A stretch of 64,000 nt of DNA. It comes from Candidatus Hydrogenedentota bacterium (lineage in GTDB: Bacteria > Hydrogenedentota > Hydrogenedentia > Hydrogenedentales > SLHB01). Both the position numbers and the translations under genes were made by a program. The stretch lies in NCBI GenBank assembly GCA_045863335.1, contig BTVY01000017.1:58251-122250 (forward strand), written 5' to 3'. The notes beneath the pieces were generated by a model. That model did not search any database. It worked only from the letters and a program-made list of their open reading frames with translations, and was not told the DNA's origin. Shown in pieces: positions 1 to 9,823 of the stretch; positions within the stretch are counted from its first letter, which is position 1; each line of letters opens with the position of its first letter.

Positions 1-2
1 TT

Positions 3-479
3 CATAACGCCGCGACAGGCAAGGAGATTGACGCGATCCTGAGTCGCCCCCGAGTACGTGGAATGTACAAGTACGATGGGCCGCGACTCATGAAGAATAT
101 CCAGTTTGAACAGGATTCGGCAGAGTTGCTCCCGGAAGCGCGCGCGATGCTGGATCAAGTTGGCGAAAGGCTCGTCGCCGAGACACTGGCAGACAACAAG
201 ATCGGAATCGAGGGCCATACGAGCACGGAGGGCGACGAACCTTACAACATGGGCCTGTCAGAGGCTCGCGCAAACGCGGTAAAAGAATACTTGCGCGAAA
301 GGTTCAATATTCCCGCCGAACGACTCGACGTGTCCGCATATGGTGAATCAGTACCGCTGATTGCCGAAGATACTACTGAAGATACGCGGCGAATGAACCG
401 CCGGGTTGAGTTCGACAACAAGGGGAGTCTTGAGCTATCGCCGGATTCCTCCGATCGTAAGAAGGTTGCGCCCCAATAA
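3..479 (+). CDS. OmpA/MotB-like peptidoglycan-binding domain protein (5'-partial; frame open to window edge)
   Basis: IQFEQDSAEL...IEGHTS...YNMGLSEARANAVKEYL...AYGE...NRRVE is the OmpA C-terminal signature. No stop upstream of ATG63 in frame. Stop overlaps the ATG of the next gene. Confidence 0.85.
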   Translation, partial: HNAATGKEIDAILSRPRVRGMYKYDGPRLMKNIQFEQDSAELLPEARAMLDQVGERLVAETLADNKIGIEGHTSTEGDEPYNMGLSEARANAVKEYLRERFNIPAERLDVSAYGESVPLIAEDTTEDTRRMNRRVEFDNKGSLELSPDSSDRKKVAPQ

Positions 480-1636
480 TGACTGAATCGAACGGCGATA
501 ACGGGCAACTGCAGGACGTCGCCGCGGCAGTCACCCAGCGCGAGATTTACGAACACACTCTCCGGTACTTCTTCCGTTTTGTGGAGGAGCATCTCGACGA
601 CGCAACGGTATCGGAAATCATGATCAACGGACCGCGAGAGGTGTATATCGAGCGGCAAGGCCGCGTGGAAAAATCGCCTCTGAGCTTCCCCGGCCACGAA
701 GCATTGTACGCGTCGGTGAAGAACCTGGCGCAATATGTCGGGCGTGTTCTGACGCCGGATGTCGCGCGGTTTGACGCCCGATTGCCCGATGGATCTCGAG
801 TCCATGTGACCCTGCCTCCCTGTTCCCGCAATGGCATATGCATCGCCATCCGGAAGTTCTCAAACGTGAACTTCACGGTCGCCGACTTGGTTTCCCGGGA
901 TTCCATCAGCGAAGAAGGCGCCGAGTTTCTTCGGATATGCGTGCTGATGGAAAAGAACATGCTCGTTTCAGGCGGGACCGGCAGCGGCAAGACCTCATTG
1001 TTAAACGCCCTGTCCGGATTCATCCCCAGCACGGATCGAATCCTCGTTCTCGAGGATTCCAGCGAGTTGCGAATGCAGCAGGAGCACGTTCTATATTACG
1101 AGGCAGTTTCGGGCGATAAGCACGGGAAAGGGAGAGTCACAATCCGGGATTTGTTTCATTCCGCCCTGCGCATGCGGCCCACGCGCGTCGTCATTGGTGA
1201 GATTCGGGGTGGGGAAGCGCTGGACTTGCTCCAGGCCATGACCTCGGGGCACAGCGGTTCCATGTCAACGATTCACGCGAACACACCAAAAGACGCGTTG
1301 AACCGTTTGGAAACGCTTGCGCTCATGGGCGGCCTCGATCTACCCCTTCGCGCGATACGGACGCAGGTCGCGTCCGCGATTGACGTCATTGTCCAGATCA
1401 GCCGTTTTCGCGATGGTTCCCGTCGTCTCGTAGAGATCGCCGAAGTTCTGGACCTGGACCCGCAGGGCAACTACCAAACCCGGCCGATGTACGTTTTTGA
1501 ATTGGAAGGGCGCCCTACCAAGTCGAAAGTCGAAGGCGTCATGCGTTGGACGGGCAACTTGCCGACGTTTGCCGAAGAGTTACGCGCTCTCGGCTATTCG
1601 GACGAGGTGAATCTGACACGTCAGTTGTTCGACTGA
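479..1636 (+). CDS. cpaF: CpaF/TadA-family pilus assembly ATPase (short form, second copy)
   Basis: SEIMING, DARLPDGSRV, Walker A GGTGSGKT, LEDSSEL, ALRMRPTRVVIGEIRG, AMTSGHSGSMSTIHAN. Confidence 0.92.
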   Translation: MTESNGDNGQLQDVAAAVTQREIYEHTLRYFFRFVEEHLDDATVSEIMINGPREVYIERQGRVEKSPLSFPGHEALYASVKNLAQYVGRVLTPDVARFDARLPDGSRVHVTLPPCSRNGICIAIRKFSNVNFTVADLVSRDSISEEGAEFLRICVLMEKNMLVSGGTGSGKTSLLNALSGFIPSTDRILVLEDSSELRMQQEHVLYYEAVSGDKHGKGRVTIRDLFHSALRMRPTRVVIGEIRGGEALDLLQAMTSGHSGSMSTIHANTPKDALNRLETLALMGGLDLPLRAIRTQVASAIDVIVQISRFRDGSRRLVEIAEVLDLDPQGNYQTRPMYVFELEGRPTKSKVEGVMRWTGNLPTFAEELRALGYSDEVNLTRQLFD

Positions 1637-1639
1637 TCG

Positions 1640-4414
1640 TCAGGAAGCTTCGGCAGAAACAACTTTTCCGGGCGCCCCTTCGGCGCTGGACTGTATCTTT
1701 TGGTACACGCTGAAGTTATTCTCTTCATCCAGGAACGCATAGCGTCGGTTCGCATAGGATTCCTCGAATTTCGAAAGGTAGTAGTCGAATTTCTCCGGGT
1801 CTTCCTCCTGGTACGTCATTGCTAGGGTGAAATACGCGCACGGAAAATCGTCCCAGAACAGGAGCGCCATTTCACACGCTTGGCGGGCTCCCACGGAATC
1901 GCCCAGATTCAGCAGCGCAAATGCCCGCTCTTCAGCAGCGCGAGCACCCCACCACCGAAACCGCTCGTTCTCAGGCATGCCGTCGACCGCCAGCGAGAAT
2001 TGTTGAAGCGCAGTTTCGTAGTCGTCGATCAACCGGTAAATGTGGGCGAGTCGGTAATGACACTCCGCCCAATGCGGGTAGTCCTCCAACAACGTTTCAT
2101 AGGTCTGCGCCACCTGGCTCAACACTGTGTCGCGAACCTCCGGATTCGCGCTCGCGCTGACCTCGGCCTGGCGAGCCGACCAATAGGCCCGATCTCCTTC
2201 CGTAAGCCAATCCTGGATGCCGTCCAGACCGGACGCGGCATCGGTCACGTCCCCGGATTCCAGCGCCATGCGGAAAGAGAGGATTTCGAGATCCACAAGA
2301 AGCTGTTGGTAGTACTTTCTGGAATCTTCGATTGGAAACTGAATGGCATCGAGTAGTGCATGATCCAGTTCGCCGTATAGATCCTCTGCGCGAATCAGTC
2401 CGGCCAGTTCGTTCCGGAGAGATTCCAGCGCAGGGAAGAAGCCCTGAACTTCGTTGTCAAGCCCAGGGTGATCCAGGTCGTATTTGCGTACAAACAGCCC
2501 CGTCAGTTCATATTCGATACGAAGTAGTCGAGTCTCGACGGAATCCGGCCAAGCCTTTAAGGCATTCGCGAACTCCGAGATTCCTGGGTCCATGGAGCAC
2601 CGCGCCCACAACCGAATCTTTTCGAGATAATAGAGCGCCTCCAGCGATCTCCCGCCGGACCGTTCGAAGGCATCCGCGAAGTTCAACTCCGCTTCATTGA
2701 ACCGCTTCTCCCGGTAGGCGGTCCGGCCCGCATTCAGGTAATCCACGACTGGTTGTACTCCCGCCACAAGTTCATCGCGCCGGGACTTGTCCAAGTCCGA
2801 CACCAGAGCAAAGTGGAGGGCCTGTCGGTACTTACCAGCCACTATGAAGGGCTCCAGATCTCCGGCCACAGCTTCCATGGTCGCATCCTTGGCATTTTCC
2901 TCCGCAACCCAGGACTTCAGATCCTGGGCACGTGCCTGCACCGACTCGATCTTCGAACCAGTCCGTTGATCGATGTTGTCGCTGCGATGCTCCCGGTCGT
3001 ACTTGACAGCCAACAATTCGTCCGCGATTAATGAACTCTGCGTACGATCTCCCGCTTCCTTGGCTTCAAGCGCTTCCGCAAGACGTTGCTCCAACCCCTC
3101 CACCCAATCTGAGTCGCTTTGCAAATACTCAAACGATTGCACGAATCCCGCGAACTTCGCTTCTTTGTTGACGGACTCGATATACGCAATACCCTCTCCC
3201 GCATACGATCGCGTCGCATCGTAGGCCGATGAGTCGTAGGCTCCTAGCGTTTCCTTATACAGGTTCTGGACCTTCGCCGATATCGCTACATTAACGCGAT
3301 GCAAATAGGCGATATATCCTCCTCCAGCAATCAGCAATACGATAGCGCCGCACACAACCGCAATTGTGGCAATCTTTTTCTTTGTCTTGCGGTCGGTCGT
3401 TGACAAGACCCCGGCGTCAGTCGCCTTATCTTCGTCAGGCGCATGGTCGGATGCCGTCGTCGAATCTTCTGAGATCCGATATGAGCCGGGGTCGCGCCAG
3501 TATTCAGGAGATATGTACTGGGTGACGATGATACTCAGCACGTCTCTATCTTCGCGGGCGTCCGCGGCAAGATCCCCGAGAACATCGTCAATCGACTGGT
3601 ACCGATCCGTCAGCCGCTTGGCCGTCATCTTGCTCACAATACTCGAGAGGTACTCAGGGATCTCGGGGCGGACATCGTTCAAGGGCCGTAGGATAGCATT
3701 CTCATCGCAATGCCAGTTGATCCAGCGCATCGTGTTCTGCCGGGCATCATCGGTGAGCAGACCAGAGAACTCCGCTTCAAAACGGTCCCGGCCGCACAGG
3801 AGCTGGTAGGCCATAAATCCGATCGAGTAGATATCCGTAGCGAAATTGGCGCCCTTACTCCCTTGGTAAAGTTCCGGAGCAGCATACTGCGTCGAGATAT
3901 CGTCCATGCTCAGCGTAATGTCCATACCAATCTGGACGGCAATACTGAGGTCGATAATCTTGGGAACGCCCTTGCTGTCCAGCATTACATTCGACGGCTT
4001 AATGTCGCGATGGTTAATTCCGTGTTGATGAAACGCGTTGGCCCCATTCAGCACTTGCACGGTCCACCCCGCGACGTCCTGCGGGTCGAGCACTTCTTCC
4101 CGTTGATAGAGCTGATTCAACGATACATCCAAATGCTCCATCACGAGCACCGGGGTTTCCCGTTCAGGTCCGGGCTTGATAACCTCCAGGGCCTTGATAA
4201 TGTTTGGGTGGTTAATGTGCGTCAGCCAATCGCACTCGCTCAGGTATCGCGCAACGTACTTCGGACGAAACTCTGGTAGCGTGTCCGCCGGGATGACGAA
4301 CTCCTTGAGAATCACGCGCAATCCGTCATGCTTTCTCGTCCCGATGTACAATGTAGCGCGCGGACTTCTCCCAAGTTCACGTTCCACCTCGTACTGTCCG
4401 ATGATTTGCGTCAT
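1640..4414 (-). CDS. Membrane Hanks-type Ser/Thr protein kinase with C-terminal TPR-like repeats (atypical motifs)
   Basis: HPNII, HRDIKPSN, YAAPE and DIYSIG motifs; one TM helix (IATIAVVCGAIVLLIAGGGYIAYL); TPR-like C-terminus. Start taken at ATG4414 after GGAGAG. G-loop and DFG are altered. Confidence 0.88.
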   Translation of the reverse strand: MTQIIGQYEVERELGRSPRATLYIGTRKHDGLRVILKEFVIPADTLPEFRPKYVARYLSECDWLTHINHPNIIKALEVIKPGPERETPVLVMEHLDVSLNQLYQREEVLDPQDVAGWTVQVLNGANAFHQHGINHRDIKPSNVMLDSKGVPKIIDLSIAVQIGMDITLSMDDISTQYAAPELYQGSKGANFATDIYSIGFMAYQLLCGRDRFEAEFSGLLTDDARQNTMRWINWHCDENAILRPLNDVRPEIPEYLSSIVSKMTAKRLTDRYQSIDDVLGDLAADAREDRDVLSIIVTQYISPEYWRDPGSYRISEDSTTASDHAPDEDKATDAGVLSTTDRKTKKKIATIAVVCGAIVLLIAGGGYIAYLHRVNVAISAKVQNLYKETLGAYDSSAYDATRSYAGEGIAYIESVNKEAKFAGFVQSFEYLQSDSDWVEGLEQRLAEALEAKEAGDRTQSSLIADELLAVKYDREHRSDNIDQRTGSKIESVQARAQDLKSWVAEENAKDATMEAVAGDLEPFIVAGKYRQALHFALVSDLDKSRRDELVAGVQPVVDYLNAGRTAYREKRFNEAELNFADAFERSGGRSLEALYYLEKIRLWARCSMDPGISEFANALKAWPDSVETRLLRIEYELTGLFVRKYDLDHPGLDNEVQGFFPALESLRNELAGLIRAEDLYGELDHALLDAIQFPIEDSRKYYQQLLVDLEILSFRMALESGDVTDAASGLDGIQDWLTEGDRAYWSARQAEVSASANPEVRDTVLSQVAQTYETLLEDYPHWAECHYRLAHIYRLIDDYETALQQFSLAVDGMPENERFRWWGARAAEERAFALLNLGDSVGARQACEMALLFWDDFPCAYFTLAMTYQEEDPEKFDYYLSKFEESYANRRYAFLDEENNFSVYQKIQSSAEGAPGKVVSAEAS

Positions 4415-4481
4415 GATCTCTCCATCTCTTTGGTACGCCAACTATCGATTCCAAAGAAAGCCATGTGGACGCGGCGAAGGA

Positions 4482-5228
4482 CTAACTTTTCGAATCCTCC
4501 GATTGACGCATCTCCTGGCGCCGTAATTCCTCGACGATAAACTGGTACAACTTGTCGTTTACCAAACCGTCACGGGTCGTATCGTTGTGCTCATACGTCA
4601 ATTGAAGGACCGCGCGAAGCTGCTCAATGGTAACCTTCCGATCGACGAGTCGGGTGTCGTGAACGAGTATCTCCCGAAGCGAGTTGCGCAATTCATCCTT
4701 GTGCGGCAATGAACTTCTGGCGTGGGCGGAATCCAGCATCTGAATGCGTTCCTTAACCGGGACCTCCCACCACTCTTGACCGGGATTCATGAGAAAGTAT
4801 CCCATGACGCCGAATGCGAAAACGAGGTAGATTGCAACGAGTGTAAAACGCACACTCGCGTTCTTGGACCGAACGCGGACCTCGTCGCCCGGCGCGGCGA
4901 CTTCCGGTTTTGCTTCCGTTCCCGCCCGGGCCGCACCGTGCAAAAACGTCAGAACGGATTCACCAATACGCAACTCGTCACCGTGCGACAACACCGCCTG
5001 GACCGTCTGGCGTTCATTAACATAGAACGGCGCCTTGCCCTTGCGAATGGCGACAAACTGTTCACCAGACCGTTGAAGCATGACCTGTATCGGCGAGACG
5101 TCTGCGCCTTCAAGGTGCACGTCGCATTTGGGACTGCTCCCCAGGAGGATCGTGTCCTTGTTTAATGCGTAGTCAGTCTGGCGAAGGCGCCCCTTCTTGG
5201 CCTTCAAAACTGGTTGATGCGAAGCCAT
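4482..5228 (-). CDS. FHA-domain protein with single TM helix
   Basis: N-terminal FHA-like pattern (ILLGS..CDVHL...VS..Q...FYVN....LSHGDELRIG), then a TM helix and a helical C-terminus. Confidence 0.75.
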   Translation of the reverse strand: MASHQPVLKAKKGRLRQTDYALNKDTILLGSSPKCDVHLEGADVSPIQVMLQRSGEQFVAIRKGKAPFYVNERQTVQAVLSHGDELRIGESVLTFLHGAARAGTEAKPEVAAPGDEVRVRSKNASVRFTLVAIYLVFAFGVMGYFLMNPGQEWWEVPVKERIQMLDSAHARSSLPHKDELRNSLREILVHDTRLVDRKVTIEQLRAVLQLTYEHNDTTRDGLVNDKLYQFIVEELRRQEMRQSEDSKS

Positions 5229-5253
5229 AATCGTATGCTCTGTCTCCTGATGG

Positions 5254-6165
5254 CTATTGGAACGACGATGAATTGAACTGAATAACGGCAGGGCCCAGTA
5301 CGAGAATGAAGGTTGCCACCATGATTAGCACAACGGGAAACGTCATTTTGGATGCGGCTTCTTTCGCAAGCTTTTCCGCCCGCTGGGTTCGCTTCAGACG
5401 TAGCAAATCCGATTGCTCTTGAAGAACACGGGCCAGCGGCGTACCCATTCTGATCCCTTGACCGATTGCTTGTACGATGACCACGATGTCATCTGATGGA
5501 ATCCGACGAGCGAGATTGCCAAGTGCATCGACCAACACGGCGCCATGCGCTACCTCCTGGTTGACCAGCGCGAATTCTTCGCGCAATGCTCCGTAGCTGG
5601 ACTCCCGCGCCACCACCTCAAGCCCTTCCTGCACGCTCCCGCCGCCTTCAATAATCAATAGGAGCATATCGAGCGCGTAGGGAAGATCTTTATTGATGCT
5701 TCGTACACGTTCGCTCGCGTCAGACGAAAGGTAAAACCATGGTAGGCCGAATCCGGCCGCCACGCCGAACACTCCCACAGCCAGTGCGATTTTAATTGAG
5801 GTACCCATCAAGTAGCCGACCGCCGCGCCCGCCAGAACACCGAATAATCCCAGCGCTACCGACGCAATCATGCAGATCGCGAGAAAGTCGGCATAGGTTA
5901 ATCGGAGTGGGTTCCCGAGTGTCTCGAGCAACTGGTAGACCCGTTTGCTCGTACTGCTTCCCTCGAAGCGGCTGAAGAGGGGGGCCAATACGCGAATCAC
6001 CGGAAAGAACGGTTTCCAGCTTGTCGACTCCCAGCGGCTGCTTGCCATCTCGTCGATGTTCGTAGCGAGTTGTAGGATGTGACGCATGCGATACAGCAGA
6101 GCGACAAGAATGCACGTTACGCTCGCGCCGGTCCAAATGGATAAAATGAGTTCTTCGGTATTCAT
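5254..6165 (-). CDS. tadC: TadC / type II secretion system F-family inner-membrane platform protein
   Basis: DLPYALDMLLL..EGG, GTPLARVL.EQSDLLRLKRTQRAEKLAKEA..KMTFPVVL; follows tadB. Confidence 0.88.
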   Translation of the reverse strand: MNTEELILSIWTGASVTCILVALLYRMRHILQLATNIDEMASSRWESTSWKPFFPVIRVLAPLFSRFEGSSTSKRVYQLLETLGNPLRLTYADFLAICMIASVALGLFGVLAGAAVGYLMGTSIKIALAVGVFGVAAGFGLPWFYLSSDASERVRSINKDLPYALDMLLLIIEGGGSVQEGLEVVARESSYGALREEFALVNQEVAHGAVLVDALGNLARRIPSDDIVVIVQAIGQGIRMGTPLARVLQEQSDLLRLKRTQRAEKLAKEAASKMTFPVVLIMVATFILVLGPAVIQFNSSSFQ

Positions 6166-7013
6166 ACGTCCTCGTTTATAATCTTTTGAATCCAGTAGAA
6201 CGAGACAAACATGAGGGCCGCGGCAAAAAGGACCATGACAATGCCGATTGGGGTACGAAAAAGCTGACTCACTAACTCAGGTTGTACAATGGAGAACATG
6301 AGCAGAATGACCGGGGGCACAAACATCATGGCTTGCGCCTCAAATCGCGGACCTGCAGTTTCGGTACGGATCTTCTCCTCCAGGCGGTAAAGCTCCCGCA
6401 ACGACGCCTCGATGCGTTCAAGAATGTGCACAACATCTCCACCACGCTCGCGGTTGATGATCAACGCATTGCACACGAGGTTGAAGTGGCGGCTGTTCAC
6501 CCGCTTCTGCACCGTCCGCAAGACCTCATCCAGGGGAAGCCCCGTCTTGTATTGCCGCACAATAAGGGCGAATTCCTGGGCAATCGGATTAGGAAGATTC
6601 TCGGCCACCTCTTCTATAGCCTGGGGCAACGACAATCCCGCTCGGACAGAAGACGCGACGGATGTCAACGCATCCGGTAATTGCAGGTCAAATTTCTCGT
6701 GCCGCACACGTACGCGACGGCGAATCAGCACGCTGGGAACCAGGTACCCCGCGACTGCCCCAATCAATGTCAGAACCACTGCTCCGAAAACGACATGAAT
6801 GACCGCACCCACTACGAACATGGATGCTATCTCCAGAAAGAAGTAGTAGGCGGGATTCTCCTCGAACTCCTGCAGTTCGTCGAGGCTCGCCGAATAGTAT
6901 CGGCGCCGACGGTCACCGATACGGTTCAGAAGCTCGATTGCACTCGGCATCAGTAGAAAGAACAGTCCCACAGCCGTGCCCACCGCGACCGACAAAATCA
7001 AAGGTTCGTTCAC
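6162..7013 (-). CDS. tadB: TadB / T2SSF-family platform protein
   Basis: QLPDALTSVASSVRAGLSLPQA, PIAQEF, ERGGDV. GTG start at 7013 overlaps the cpaF stop. Confidence 0.88.
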   Translation of the reverse strand: MNEPLILSVAVGTAVGLFFLLMPSAIELLNRIGDRRRRYYSASLDELQEFEENPAYYFFLEIASMFVVGAVIHVVFGAVVLTLIGAVAGYLVPSVLIRRRVRVRHEKFDLQLPDALTSVASSVRAGLSLPQAIEEVAENLPNPIAQEFALIVRQYKTGLPLDEVLRTVQKRVNSRHFNLVCNALIINRERGGDVVHILERIEASLRELYRLEEKIRTETAGPRFEAQAMMFVPPVILLMFSIVQPELVSQLFRTPIGIVMVLFAAALMFVSFYWIQKIINEDV

Positions 7014-8887
7014 TACTTGCTCTCCTGTCCTGCGCTGAACAGCACGTCCAACGACACTCCCCCCTTTCGCATGAGTTCGTTGAAGAACGAAGGCACGTAG
7101 CCGGTATGGCATAGCAGCCCTTCCGATCGCCCCTCGGTGTAACTGTAACTGAAGATGTCTTCGACCACGATTTCTCCGCTCTCGGGATCGATCCCAACGA
7201 TTTCAGCAATTTTCGTGACCTTCCGGGTTCCGTCTCCGAAGCGGGTATATTGAATAACCAAGTCGATCGCCGACGCAATCTGTTCGCGTATTGCGCGGAT
7301 TGGCATGTCCGCCGCCAGCAGAACCATTGTTTCCAGCCGACGCATCATATCGGCGGGAGTATTGGCGTGACCGGTCGTCATTGAACCATCGTGCCCGGTA
7401 TTCATTGCTTGCAGCATATCCAGCGCCTCGGCGCCCCGGCATTCGCCGACGATAACCCGGTCCGGCCGCATTCGCAACGCGTTCTTTACCAAATCGCGGA
7501 TTGTGTACGCGCCCTTCCCTTCCACATTAGCGGGACGCGACTCCAGGGATACCACGTGCTCCTGACGAAGCTGCAATTCCGCGGAATCTTCAATGGTCAC
7601 GATGCGTTCGCGCGCCGATATGTACTCCGAAAGGCAATTCAGGAGAGTTGTCTTACCGGCGCCGGTGCCTCCCGAGATAATGATATTTTTTCGAGCCGCC
7701 ACACATGCCTTCAGAAACTCCGCGACCTGCTGGTTGAATGCCCTCTTCTCATGGATAAGGGAATCGACGCTTAACGGGATCTTGGAAAACCGGCGAATGG
7801 TGATACAGGGACCCCGTAGCGCCAGAGGAGGAATAATCACATTGACACGACTACCATCAGGAAGCCGGGCATCGACCAGCGGCTTGCTTCGATCCACGCG
7901 CAACCCCAACGGGGCAACAATGCGTTCCACCACCGCCATGGCCACACTGTCGGAGATAAACTGGCGGCCGGTCTTTTGCAGAACACCGTTCTTTTCCACG
8001 TAAATCAGCCGTGGATGAACGACCATGATCTCGGAGATGTTCGGCAGATGGAGCAATGGTTCGAGGGGACCAAAACCAAACACCGTGTCCATCAGATTCC
8101 GTTTGAGCAGAGCCCGCAACAGTTGGCTCTTCAGCCCCTTCATGAGTTCGTATCGAAAATCTGCATAGTGCGTGTCGACCCACACTTCCAGATCTTCCGT
8201 GTGAAGTGACGACCTGCCTCCGTTCATCAAGTCCATCTTGGCATTCGCGTAAACCTGCGCGACGAGTCGACGCAACTGAGGAACGCCGAGCCGTTCGAAG
8301 AAATCGAATGTTGCGTCCGCTGCCGCATCTTGCATATGGACCGCGGCAACAGCTTCCTTCAAGTTCGTACGGCAGACATACTCCACAATGTCCGGCGAAA
8401 TCGAATCGCACTTCTCGTCGATAATCTCCTTCACCTGTACCTCGACCATCTTGCGATACTCGCCCTTGGGAAGCGTCTTCGGATCGATTTTCCGGAGATC
8501 AAGCCGCTGAAGAAGTTCGTCGTGAATCCCTTTCTCGAGATCGCGAAGTCCGTCGGCGCTCGCATCATCGACCTTGTCATGGAGGGCGCGGGCGTCCTCG
8601 ACCATAACCTTTAAGACATACTGCCCAATTCCGATCTCATCGTTCCGTTGGATGGTATACGTCTTGTGATTTGGAATGACCTGGTCGTTGACCTTTGTTG
8701 GCGCGCTGCCCACCGGACGGATGGCCACGAGATCCCGTTCGAATTTCAGGATCGCCTGCCGCTGAGACACGAAAAAGTTATCAAGCACGATATCGTTGTC
8801 GACATCCCTGCCAATGATGTAATTGCGCTCCTCCAGGTCGATTTCCTGGCGGGTATTGAGGATCATGTTGGTGATCAGCAGCTTCAT
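7013..8887 (-). CDS. cpaF: CpaF/TadA ATPase with N-terminal FHA domain
   Basis: N-terminal IIGRDVDNDIVLDNFFVSQRQA FHA-like region; C-terminal GFGPLEPLL, GGTGAGKT, IEDSAEL, RMRPDRVIVGECRG, AMNTGHDGS. Confidence 0.92.
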   Translation of the reverse strand: MKLLITNMILNTRQEIDLEERNYIIGRDVDNDIVLDNFFVSQRQAILKFERDLVAIRPVGSAPTKVNDQVIPNHKTYTIQRNDEIGIGQYVLKVMVEDARALHDKVDDASADGLRDLEKGIHDELLQRLDLRKIDPKTLPKGEYRKMVEVQVKEIIDEKCDSISPDIVEYVCRTNLKEAVAAVHMQDAAADATFDFFERLGVPQLRRLVAQVYANAKMDLMNGGRSSLHTEDLEVWVDTHYADFRYELMKGLKSQLLRALLKRNLMDTVFGFGPLEPLLHLPNISEIMVVHPRLIYVEKNGVLQKTGRQFISDSVAMAVVERIVAPLGLRVDRSKPLVDARLPDGSRVNVIIPPLALRGPCITIRRFSKIPLSVDSLIHEKRAFNQQVAEFLKACVAARKNIIISGGTGAGKTTLLNCLSEYISARERIVTIEDSAELQLRQEHVVSLESRPANVEGKGAYTIRDLVKNALRMRPDRVIVGECRGAEALDMLQAMNTGHDGSMTTGHANTPADMMRRLETMVLLAADMPIRAIREQIASAIDLVIQYTRFGDGTRKVTKIAEIVGIDPESGEIVVEDIFSYSYTEGRSEGLLCHTGYVPSFFNELMRKGGVSLDVLFSAGQESK

Positions 8888-8920
8888 ATCACTCCGTCGT
8901 CGAAATAGACAGGCTGCGAT

Positions 8921-9823
8921 TCATGATGCGTCCTCAGCCCCATCGGAAAGCCGCTCCTGCTCAAAGGTCCGAAACGTTCCGAAATCCATATCGCCAATCT
9001 CCGCGTGCTCCATGTCCGCGTCGTCTCGAAGCGTCAGGGTCAGCTTTCCACCAAGTTCACGGGCAAAGACAAGCAGTTCCGCCTCTTCAGGAGTCGCCCG
9101 CAAGGTGACCACGCTGTACGCGTTTCGCTCGGGAGCAACGAGACGGTATTCACGTTCTCCGAAGTTCTGTCCGACGCCCAAAACGTACATGCGCTGTAGC
9201 AGCGTTCGGGTAAAAAGCCCGCCTTGAATCGGGGCCGAAGGAAAGGCACGCGGCATCGTTGAGGCCGACTGCGCTCCCCCTAGCAAATCTCGGGTCGAGG
9301 CTGCGCCCGGTGCGCCTTCCTCCTCGGTTTGAGGATTTTGCCTCGGCATTCTTGATAAGGCGGCTGGCTGCTGCAATTGATCTGCGTCCGTTTCAAAAGT
9401 GGCGACGACATCGACGTAGTCCCCGGGTTCGATGATGTTCGCAACTGACGATTCCATGCTGACCGAGATCGATATGGCGCGTTCGCCAGGGTTCAGACGC
9501 TCGAGAACTTCCCGCTTCGGAGCCCGTTGGTCAAAGAACTCGTAAAGAACCGGCTCGCCCGCGGGGATATCGACGGTCGGGGTTTGACCAATGACCACGA
9601 CGCTGTCCTCTCGTTTCACGGCGAATCGTGAAATGGCGTCGAACGCAATCGGGATGGCGACGCGCTGCAGTTGTTCGGCCGCAATGGGTTTTCCTGCTGG
9701 CAACATCTCCCGAGCCACGAGTATCTCCAGACTCTTCGTCTGGCGCTCGATATATAGATGCGTCGCGAAGGCCGCGCCGAGACCGGCCACGATAGCAACC
9801 AGCAGGAGCACTTTTGATGTCAT
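8921..9823 (-). CDS. cpaB: Flp pilus assembly protein CpaB/RcpC (SAF + RcpC domains)
   Basis: N-terminal TM, ILVAREMLPAGKPI (SAF), GERAISISV...IEPGDYVDV, VTLRATPEEAELL...LTLTLR. ATG9823 overlaps the upstream TGA. Confidence 0.85.
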   Translation of the reverse strand: MTSKVLLLVAIVAGLGAAFATHLYIERQTKSLEILVAREMLPAGKPIAAEQLQRVAIPIAFDAISRFAVKREDSVVVIGQTPTVDIPAGEPVLYEFFDQRAPKREVLERLNPGERAISISVSMESSVANIIEPGDYVDVVATFETDADQLQQPAALSRMPRQNPQTEEEGAPGAASTRDLLGGAQSASTMPRAFPSAPIQGGLFTRTLLQRMYVLGVGQNFGEREYRLVAPERNAYSVVTLRATPEEAELLVFARELGGKLTLTLRDDADMEHAEIGDMDFGTFRTFEQERLSDGAEDAS

